Assembly: GCA_910578755.1 (NCBI GenBank)
Contig: CAJTSZ010000001.1
Coordinates: 2,340-66,339, forward strand
From: an uncultured Oscillospiraceae bacterium
GTDB taxonomy: Bacteria; Bacillota; Clostridia; Oscillospirales; Ruminococcaceae
Direction: 5' to 3'
DNA: 64,000 nt
Shown here: piece by piece, positions 57,336-64,000 of the stretch
Layout: each line of letters starts with the position of its first letter
Position numbering within the stretch: position 1 is the first letter of the stretch
Notes under the pieces: generated by a model
Told to the model about the DNA's origin: nothing
The model's database searches: none
Seen by the model: the letters and a program-made list of their open reading frames with translations, nothing else
Translations under genes and position numbers: made by a program

Positions 57336-58604
57336 ATGACAGGTATACAAAATTATGCTAATTTAACAAATATGCTGTTGTCAGGCTACTCTCAGATGAA
57401 CAATGTGCGTTTGGCACAGGCTCTTTCCAACAAGAATACCAGCGGAATGAAAATTTCCCAGGGGATATCCACCAATGGAAAGCTGTCCTCTGCTGACACA
57501 GAGTTTCTTAAAGATTACCAGAATGAACTGCTGGAACTAAAGGATATGGCAGAAAAGGTGATGGCAGGCGGGGAAAAAAGCCGCCTTGCAGCCGGTGCGG
57601 AAAATTTATCCGTTGCTGAGGTTAGCGGGAAATTAGCTTCCGCCTCCGACAAATACACCCTTACTGTAGAGCAGTTGGCTTCCGGGCAGGTAAACCGTTC
57701 TAACGGGCTGGAAAGCAACAGCCCAAGGCCTGCAATGAGTGGTTCCATAAAAATAGAAACCGCCCAGGGCAAGGTTGAGCTGTACATGAGCGCAGCCGGC
57801 GCAAAGGACAACAAGGAAATGCTGAACAATTTTGCCTCCAAAATTAACGCGAAAAACATTGGCGTTACCGCTAAGGTGGAAGAAAAAGAAGGCAAATCCT
57901 ACCTGCGCCTGGAGGGTGCCTCCGGTGAAGGCAACGCGTTTTCTGTTACTGGGTCCTTGGCAGAACGGCTGGGCCTGGACAGAGTGGAGCAGGTTGGCCA
58001 AAATGCTATTTACACTGTAAAGAAAAACGACGGTGAGGAACAGCGCTTTGTTTCTGACAGTAATACGGTTACTTTAGACGGCCGCCTGAAAGCGAGCCTG
58101 AAAAAGACCGGAACAACCAACATTAAAGCTGGCGCCGATGCAGCTACCGGAATAGCAGATAGTGTTTCCAAGCTGGTGAATAAGTTTAATGAAACCCTCA
58201 GCTTCCTTAACAAAAATTCCGACCGGGGCATTGGTGTGCTGAACCAAATGAGACGGATGATTATACCGCCAACCTCCGAACGGTCCATGAAGCTGGCAGG
58301 TATTACCATTAACAAAGACGGCAGCATGAAGTTTGACCGCGCGAAGTTTATGGAAAAGATGGAACAGTCCCCATCCCTAATTAAAGAAGTTGTTGAAGAT
58401 TTTGCCCGCGGCATCCGTACCGATGCCCAAATGGGTATGCAGGAACGCTCTGGTAATTTACTTGGTACTTCTGTGTATTCCCAAAAGATGTTGAGCAGCT
58501 ACGAGCAAAACCAAATGAACCTGATGAATATGTACACCCGCAGTGGCGCATATAACATGACAAACTACTACACTGTAGGCGCAATGATGAACTTTAACAT
58601 TTAA
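57336..58604 (+). CDS. FliD (filament cap)-like protein
   Basis: YTLTVEQLASGQ, INAKNIGVTA, SDSNTVTL and GITINKDGSMKFD segments resemble FliD; termini atypical. Confidence 0.65.
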   Translation: MTGIQNYANLTNMLLSGYSQMNNVRLAQALSNKNTSGMKISQGISTNGKLSSADTEFLKDYQNELLELKDMAEKVMAGGEKSRLAAGAENLSVAEVSGKLASASDKYTLTVEQLASGQVNRSNGLESNSPRPAMSGSIKIETAQGKVELYMSAAGAKDNKEMLNNFASKINAKNIGVTAKVEEKEGKSYLRLEGASGEGNAFSVTGSLAERLGLDRVEQVGQNAIYTVKKNDGEEQRFVSDSNTVTLDGRLKASLKKTGTTNIKAGADAATGIADSVSKLVNKFNETLSFLNKNSDRGIGVLNQMRRMIIPPTSERSMKLAGITINKDGSMKFDRAKFMEKMEQSPSLIKEVVEDFARGIRTDAQMGMQERSGNLLGTSVYSQKMLSSYEQNQMNLMNMYTRSGAYNMTNYYTVGAMMNFNI

Positions 58605-58658
58605 GTACTGCCGCGCCGGTTGCTTATCCCACTTGTGACGAAAGGACGGAATGATTTT

Positions 58659-59273
58659 ATGAGCATACAGAATATTAACGGGCAAAATTTATACAACACC
58701 GTAAAAACAAACTGGAACACAAAAAGCGCAGCTGCGGAAAATACAAAAGAGGCAGCCGTAGAAAATGGTGAAAAAGCAGCTCAGGAAGAGAGCAAACCGG
58801 TTCGCCAAGACCAATTTGAATATACCCAGCCGCAAAAACCAGTAACCTACGGGAAAAAGCTTTCCGCAGCCCAGTTGCAAAGCGCAGAAACCCAGCGTAT
58901 GGAAAGCTTCCAGCAGATGCTGAAAAGCATGATTGTAAAACAGGGCGAAAAAAGCAACCTTACCCTGTTTGGCATGGACCTCAACGTTACCCCAGCTGAC
59001 AGCCAGCGTGCGGCAGCAGCCATTGCAGAGGGCGGCGAGTACTCTGTAGACGCTGTTGCTACCCGTATTTTGGACATGGCAAAAGCACTTTCCGGCGGCG
59101 ATATGTCCAAACTTTCCGAACTGCGCAGCGCTGTAGAAAAAGGCTTTAAGGCTGCCGGTATGGAAATGGGCGGCAAGCTGCCAAGCATTTGCAATGACAC
59201 TTACAACGAAGTAATGAAGCGCTTTGACGAGTGGGAAAAAGAAGGCAAGGCTGGCGCAACAGTTACAGAATAA
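58659..59273 (+). CDS. Conserved hypothetical protein, flagellar-locus associated
   Basis: Good RBS and codon usage; ATRILDMAKALSGGD...KLPSICNDTY helical domain. Confidence 0.75.
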   Translation: MSIQNINGQNLYNTVKTNWNTKSAAAENTKEAAVENGEKAAQEESKPVRQDQFEYTQPQKPVTYGKKLSAAQLQSAETQRMESFQQMLKSMIVKQGEKSNLTLFGMDLNVTPADSQRAAAAIAEGGEYSVDAVATRILDMAKALSGGDMSKLSELRSAVEKGFKAAGMEMGGKLPSICNDTYNEVMKRFDEWEKEGKAGATVTE

Positions 59274-59319
59274 GTATTTTTGCAACAACTAATTTTTTAG
59301 GTTTTTACTGTGGAACAAT

Positions 59320-59352
59320 AAAAAATAGTTGAGCAAAGCGAAACTATTTTTT
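59320..59352. terminator. Terminator-like hairpin
   Basis: AAAAAATAGTT/AACTATTTTTT. Confidence 0.5.
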
Positions 59353-59547
59353 GTGCATCGGGCGGGAAGGGCGAGCAGCCCGTATCCGCTTGCACATTTA
59401 GGTTATTATTGTAAAACAATAATAAGGCGCCTGGCATTGGGGTGCCTACCATAAGGAAAGCGAACGCCCACCAAAAAATGCTTTTTGGTGGGCGTTGTTT
59501 TGTAATGAACGGGCCAATAAATTGGAATTTATTTGAGGAAATTCAGT

Positions 59548-59931
59548 ATGAAAAAAATAAAAATCTGCCACTTTGGCAGAAAAAGCTTCTGCGCGACTTG
59601 GGACGATGTGGCGCAAACCCTGGAGCAGGCAGTGGATGGCGTTAATGAATTTTTTATTGTTGAGGAGCATACCATGTTCCCTTATTTAGTAGTTTTAGTG
59701 CATATGTACTGTGTTCCCAACGAGGTGGACGGCGGTTTGCTGGCTTTTTCCGATGATGTTCCAACAGATTTGCCCCCCGACGGTATCAGTATATTTTACG
59801 TCAACACCCCCACCGAGGAAATTCAAATTTACAACGATTATGTTATTCCAAAAGCCCTGGCCCAAACGGTTGTAAAAGACTTTGTGGAAACCGGAAAAAT
59901 GTCAAATTGCGTTGAATGGGATGAGCTGTAG
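59548..59931 (+). CDS. Imm1-like immunity protein (orphan)
   Basis: C-terminal A..VVKDFVETGKMSNCVEWDEL resembles the Imm1 F..TG....V.W signature. Confidence 0.55.
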   Translation: MKKIKICHFGRKSFCATWDDVAQTLEQAVDGVNEFFIVEEHTMFPYLVVLVHMYCVPNEVDGGLLAFSDDVPTDLPPDGISIFYVNTPTEEIQIYNDYVIPKALAQTVVKDFVETGKMSNCVEWDEL

Positions 59932-60024
59932 GTACAAAAAATGCGCCATAGCAGCTCCCCCTTTTCGCCTTGTATATTGATAAAGGTCCAATTTTTTATA
60001 AAATAGCTTTGGATAAAGGGCTGC

Positions 60025-60384
60025 TTATTCTTCAAGCCACTCCAAATGTGCATCGTGGGGAAATGGCCTTTTCCAAAACACTTCATTTGCCTGTGCTTTT
60101 AACAATAAATCTTTTTTCTTCCTAAGTAGCTGGCGGTCCATCTTTTGGAGAACACGCGCCGCGCCCATTTGGCTGTCTGAGCCATCATAATTGTCATCAA
60201 ACAAGAACGAAAACAGCAAGTCCGCTAAATCCTCGTCATTTTGGTATTCCATAAAAAAGGTTTCTATCTGTGTGCTGAATTGGTAGCAGCTTTGCACCAA
60301 ATATTCGTACAAACGCTCCTTATCCCAAGTTCCATTTGTAATGGGGCAAACCTTCTGCAATTCTTCCCAAGTTTTGTAGTACAT
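60025..60384 (-). CDS. Small hypothetical protein
   Basis: 119-aa ORF with GGGGGG RBS downstream of blaR1-like gene. Confidence 0.7.
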   Translation of the reverse strand: MYYKTWEELQKVCPITNGTWDKERLYEYLVQSCYQFSTQIETFFMEYQNDEDLADLLFSFLFDDNYDGSDSQMGAARVLQKMDRQLLRKKKDLLLKAQANEVFWKRPFPHDAHLEWLEE

Positions 60385-60442
60385 GATTATTCCCCCCGAA
60401 GTTTATTTCTTTTCATAAGTTCCTGTTACTGGCTGTTTTTTG

Positions 60443-62206
60443 CTAATTATCATCGTTATCACCCATATCTCCCAGCAGTTCCGTTACCTCCGCATCGCTC
60501 ATATAAGCGACAGCTGTGATTTTGTTATTTGCATCACGGACAATTTTGATATTAACTGTCCCTTTTGGGTTCATATTCAGCGTGTAAAAAGACTTATTGG
60601 GCCGAATATCCAAAAAGATATTGACAAGCTGCCCCGCATAATAATAGTCCTTGCCGTCCATTGTAATGCCCACCGCCTGATATTCCGCTGCCTGTGCTTC
60701 GGCCCATTCTTTTTCCTGTTTTTCTTTCAGCCCACCAAATTCTTCGCCCCGGTTCAGCTTATCAAAGAGGATGGATTGAAATGCCCAGTTCCCATCTTCC
60801 AAAGCCCTGTCCAACCAGAGCTCCAACTCCGCCTCGCCCATGCAGTCCGTCAAGGTGGAGAAAAACGCCATTTCTTCGTCGGCATACGCTTTTTCAGCGA
60901 AATCGGTAAACAAAGCGGTATTTGTGTCAAGCCAACGTACGGCAACGGAGAAGAACGCGAAGTCTTCGTTGGTATAGAGCCGTTCCAGCCATTCCTTTTG
61001 CGTTTTTTCATCCAGTTGGGGGAACGTTATTTCAAACAGCGGCAAGCTGTCGGCTTTGTAGTACCTCTCCGCCTGCTCCCTGCTATTTGTGCTCCTTTTT
61101 TCCTGTGTGAGGCCTTTGCCCATATTTGCTTGGGGGTTGCTTGTTGTATGCTCAGTTGCGGCGGCGGCAACAGGATAAACACCGATGAAAGCCGAACCAA
61201 ACATTAGGCACAGTGTCAGTAAGCCCGTTAAAAGGCGTGTCACCGTTGATTTCTTCTTAAAGTTCATAATCGCATTTATCCTTTCTTTCAATAGCTTTTT
61301 ATTCCCGCTTAAGGTGACCGTTCCAAAATTTTCTTTGTACCTTCCAACCGCCGCCATTGCGTCAAGCAAGGTTTTTCCATAGTCCTGCGCGCTATTACTT
61401 CCCATTTTAACGAGGACGGCTTCATCGCAGGAAAATTCACAAGCCTTGGTAATTTCCCAGTTCATAAGATGCACAAGGGGATTGAACCAATGCAGGCAGA
61501 CGGTAATTTGAACCAGCCATTTATAGAACATATCCTGCCGTTTATAGTGCGTCAACTCATGCAGGACGATATAGCGAAAATCCTTTTTGGGAATGTCTGC
61601 GCTGGGCAGTACAATACATGGATGGAAAAATCCAATCAGCAGTGGGGAAGAAACCAATGGATTGACGCATAATTCAATGGGTTTTTTGATGCCTGATTGC
61701 TCCGCGACAATAGAAAGTTCGTCTAACTGTTCCATGCCAGAAACTGGGGTCAACCCAGCCTTGATATACCGTACAAAGCCCTGATAGATTGTTATTTTCC
61801 GTATCAATAAGCCCAGTGCAGCCACCAGCCAAATCAGCCATACATGATTTACCAGCGTTGTCCCAATATCTTGAAATGGACGAGCAGCGACTGCATCATC
61901 TGCCGGATTGTGCTGCTCTGCCCCAACAACGGGAATAAGATTGCCGCCCGAAATGGTTTGCGGGGGCTGCTGTGGTAAAGGTGCGGCCTGGGATATTGCC
62001 TGATCAATAGCCTGATATGCCTTTCCCATCAAATTTACTTCCGGCCCGAACGGGAGCAGCAGCCGCAAAACGACAACCAGCCAAATGTAATACTGCCATT
62101 GCCGGCTGATTTTATTTTTCAAAAATCGTTTTCCCAAAAGCAGAGCCAGAATAAGCAAGCCGCCGGAAACAGACATGGACAGGAAAATTTTTAAAACGGC
62201 GTTCAT
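60443..62206 (-). CDS. BlaR1/MecR1-like M56 metallopeptidase signal transducer with non-PBP C-terminal domain
   Basis: YIWLVVVLRLLLP, SSPLLIG, HELTH, HWFNPL, CEFSCDE, LKERINAIM. Confidence 0.9.
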   Translation of the reverse strand: MNAVLKIFLSMSVSGGLLILALLLGKRFLKNKISRQWQYYIWLVVVLRLLLPFGPEVNLMGKAYQAIDQAISQAAPLPQQPPQTISGGNLIPVVGAEQHNPADDAVAARPFQDIGTTLVNHVWLIWLVAALGLLIRKITIYQGFVRYIKAGLTPVSGMEQLDELSIVAEQSGIKKPIELCVNPLVSSPLLIGFFHPCIVLPSADIPKKDFRYIVLHELTHYKRQDMFYKWLVQITVCLHWFNPLVHLMNWEITKACEFSCDEAVLVKMGSNSAQDYGKTLLDAMAAVGRYKENFGTVTLSGNKKLLKERINAIMNFKKKSTVTRLLTGLLTLCLMFGSAFIGVYPVAAAATEHTTSNPQANMGKGLTQEKRSTNSREQAERYYKADSLPLFEITFPQLDEKTQKEWLERLYTNEDFAFFSVAVRWLDTNTALFTDFAEKAYADEEMAFFSTLTDCMGEAELELWLDRALEDGNWAFQSILFDKLNRGEEFGGLKEKQEKEWAEAQAAEYQAVGITMDGKDYYYAGQLVNIFLDIRPNKSFYTLNMNPKGTVNIKIVRDANNKITAVAYMSDAEVTELLGDMGDNDDN

Positions 62207-62586
62207 TGTTGCACTTTTCCTTTCTCCAGCAGCCTTTTCAATTCATCGTATTCCTCGTCTGCCAGCAGATCGCCCAAAATCAGATTGGAAACCAGCCCTT
62301 TTGCGTTCCCCTCATAAAGTTTATCCAAGAAATTTTTTGTTTGTGCCGTCTGATATTCCGTTTCTGAAACGAGGGTGGTATATTCGTTGCGGCGTCCGAT
62401 TTTTTTAGCACTCAAAAAGCCCTTGTTCATCAGCCGCGACAGCAGCACAATCAGGGTGTTTTTTTGGCAGGGCTTACCTTTTGCCGCCAGCCCATCCATG
62501 ATATAAGGGAATAATGTTACTTCCGACGGGTTTCCCCATACGATTTTCATAATTTCCAGTTCGGCATCGGATAATTGCTGTACCAT
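62203..62586 (-). CDS. BlaI/MecI/CopY family repressor
   Basis: LSDAELEIMKIVW, TLIVLLSRLMNKGFL, FLDKLYEG; overlaps the M56 gene start. Confidence 0.93.
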   Translation of the reverse strand: MVQQLSDAELEIMKIVWGNPSEVTLFPYIMDGLAAKGKPCQKNTLIVLLSRLMNKGFLSAKKIGRRNEYTTLVSETEYQTAQTKNFLDKLYEGNAKGLVSNLILGDLLADEEYDELKRLLEKGKVQQ

Positions 62587-62606
62587 AGCTTGCCCTCCCT
62601 TTAATG

Positions 62607-62658
62607 TATAACATGATGTTTACAGTTAAAATATAACATGATGTTATTCTTTTGTCAA
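62607..62658 (-). promoter_or_regulatory. blaI promoter with two palindromic operators
   Basis: TTGACA-17 nt-TATATT with TG extension; TATAACATGATGTT at 62607-62620 and 62632-62645. Confidence 0.8.
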
Positions 62659-62835
62659 CATACTTTCTAGAAAAGTGGAGTGTGGTGAAATTCCATAAAA
62701 AGTGTTATAGTGGGTTACGCAGTATAAAAAGGGTGAGGGGGAGCATCTGGGCCTGCTTTTTGCAAATTGCCTCCCATGTTTTGGGGGACCTATTATAATG
62801 AAGGATAAATCCTTTGCCTGCCAGCCCCAATATGC

Positions 62836-62868
62836 AAAAGCCCCTGCCTCCAATTTGGAGGCAGGGGC
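62836..62868 (-). terminator. Terminator after comFB
   Basis: GCCCCTGCCTCCAA/TTGGAGGCAGGGGC stem plus T tract on the - strand. Confidence 0.75.
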
Positions 62869-62873
62869 AATAT

Positions 62874-63350
62874 TTAATGCTTGGGGTGGCCCTTTACATA
62901 TAAAATAGCCTTCACAAGTGCTGCGGAAACATCTTTGGTGGAACATTCCTGAAGCAGCTGGGGCACGGCGTCCGGCTCGGCAACCACATAATTTGGCGCC
63001 AGGGAGTTGAGAGCCATGGCCGCCACATCCCGCCGGCATTTATCGCACCGGCAGCAGTTGAACTTGGAAAATGCTTCGTCCAAGCGGTTCGCTACAAGCT
63101 GTTCCATTAGGTTTACCAGCACCAGTTCCTTGGCGGGCCGCAGTTTTACAGCGGCAGAAGGGGCCTGGTTAATCCGTTCCTGAAGAAGGGACAGGCTGTC
63201 CCGGGCAGGGGCCTCAACAGGTTCCAAGGGCTGCTGCTGTACTTCCGCCTCTTGGGGCTCTTCATCGGCCGGGGCTGGGCCACTGGGCATAATCAGGTTA
63301 AAAATATAATCTTTATCAATATTTTTTTTGGGACTTTTGGAGGAAGCCAT
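62874..63350 (-). CDS. ComFB family protein
   Basis: VNLMEQLV, CRCDKCRRDVAAMALNSLAPNYVV, V..HPKH. Confidence 0.88.
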   Translation of the reverse strand: MASSKSPKKNIDKDYIFNLIMPSGPAPADEEPQEAEVQQQPLEPVEAPARDSLSLLQERINQAPSAAVKLRPAKELVLVNLMEQLVANRLDEAFSKFNCCRCDKCRRDVAAMALNSLAPNYVVAEPDAVPQLLQECSTKDVSAALVKAILYVKGHPKH

Positions 63351-63353
63351 AGC

Positions 63354-64000
63354 TTACAGTACCCCCCGTCTAATCAGTTCATCCACCAGGTCGCGGTAGT
63401 CGATTACCGCCTTATCCCTGGGTGCATATACAAAAGCATCCTCACGGTGGATTTGGGAATTTGTGAGGGCGGAGTTCCCCCGGCGAATGGTTGTATCCAG
63501 CAAGGGGATGCCAATACGGTCGCCAATGTCCAGGGCGGCCTCCCGAATTGCCTTGCTGGCGTTTTCCCGGGGGGCAAAATGGGTAATTAGAATACCAGCG
63601 GCCCGGAGGTTTTCGTTGCTTTTTTTCCGTATTTCCTCCAAGGTGCCGCTAAGCTGCACCAGCCCTTGCAGGCTGTAAATATCCGGCTTTACCGGCATAA
63701 GCACATAGTCGGTGGCAGTAAAGGCGTTAATGGTTAAAATGCCCAGGCCCGGCGGGGAATCAATCAAAATATTATCATACAAATTTAAAACGGGGCGCAG
63801 GCAGTTGCGCAGCAAATATTCCCTGCCTTTTCCGGTAAACTCCAACTCAATGCCGCTGAGCAGCATATTGGAGGGGATGATGTCGCAAAGGGTTGTGTGC
63901 TGGATGGTCTGTACTGCCAGCAGCTCCCCTTTCAGCGCATGATAAATGGAATTTTGCATTTCCACCCGGTTATCGGCACGCAGGCTGAAGGACAGGTCAC
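63354..64000 (-). CDS. ParA/Soj family ATPase, 5' truncated by window
   Basis: DIIPSN, ILIDSPPGLGILTINA, YSLQGL, AGILIT; frame open to the window edge. Confidence 0.9.
   Translation of the reverse strand, partial: DLSFSLRADNRVEMQNSIYHALKGELLAVQTIQHTTLCDIIPSNMLLSGIELEFTGKGREYLLRNCLRPVLNLYDNILIDSPPGLGILTINAFTATDYVLMPVKPDIYSLQGLVQLSGTLEEIRKKSNENLRAAGILITHFAPRENASKAIREAALDIGDRIGIPLLDTTIRRGNSALTNSQIHREDAFVYAPRDKAVIDYRDLVDELIRRGVL

Noticed and set aside
60440..61207. 255-aa + strand ORF
   Set aside because: Antisense to the BlaR1-like gene
59932..62830. Bounded transposon or integrative element around blaI-blaR1
   Set aside because: No transposase, integrase, TIR or target duplication found, although the genes look accessory

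Overview
Chromosomal window from an anaerobic Firmicute, probably Clostridia and Oscillospiraceae-like (inferred from gene content, RBS and promoter style). Bases 1-20 kb hold housekeeping and metabolic genes: Fe-dependent alcohol dehydrogenase, RNase Y, nitroreductase, Ala/Gly symporter, RsuA-family synthase, CidA/LrgB, MPG glycosylase, CofE-like ligase, LysR, MtnN, IadA and HelD. Bases 20-59 kb are a large flagellar/chemotaxis locus. It has cheV, then fliE through cheD on the + strand, cheA-W-R-B on the - strand, and an accessory run of YlqG/FliK-like, FlhB-C-like, PilZ, FtsA-like with ubiquitin-like repeats, a VanY-like peptidase and a FliD-like gene. Bases 59-64 kb are accessory genes (Imm1-like, hypothetical, BlaR1/BlaI) followed by ComFB and ParA. 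The best-supported unannotated structure is a 990-bp transposase-less element (6149-7138) with 21-bp terminal inverted repeats and an 8-bp target duplication. It carries a lipoprotein gene and splits a host gene in frame. More speculative signals are a recurring 16-bp pseudo-palindrome bracketing accessory genes (cassette-like), a ~630-nt hairpin-dense region before the LysR gene, inverted repeats around the flagellar promoter, and several structured leaders within the flagellar locus. The main flagellar run also lacks flgBC, fliL and flhFG. No rRNA, tRNA or true CRISPR array was seen. All calls come from reading the sequence; no searches were run.
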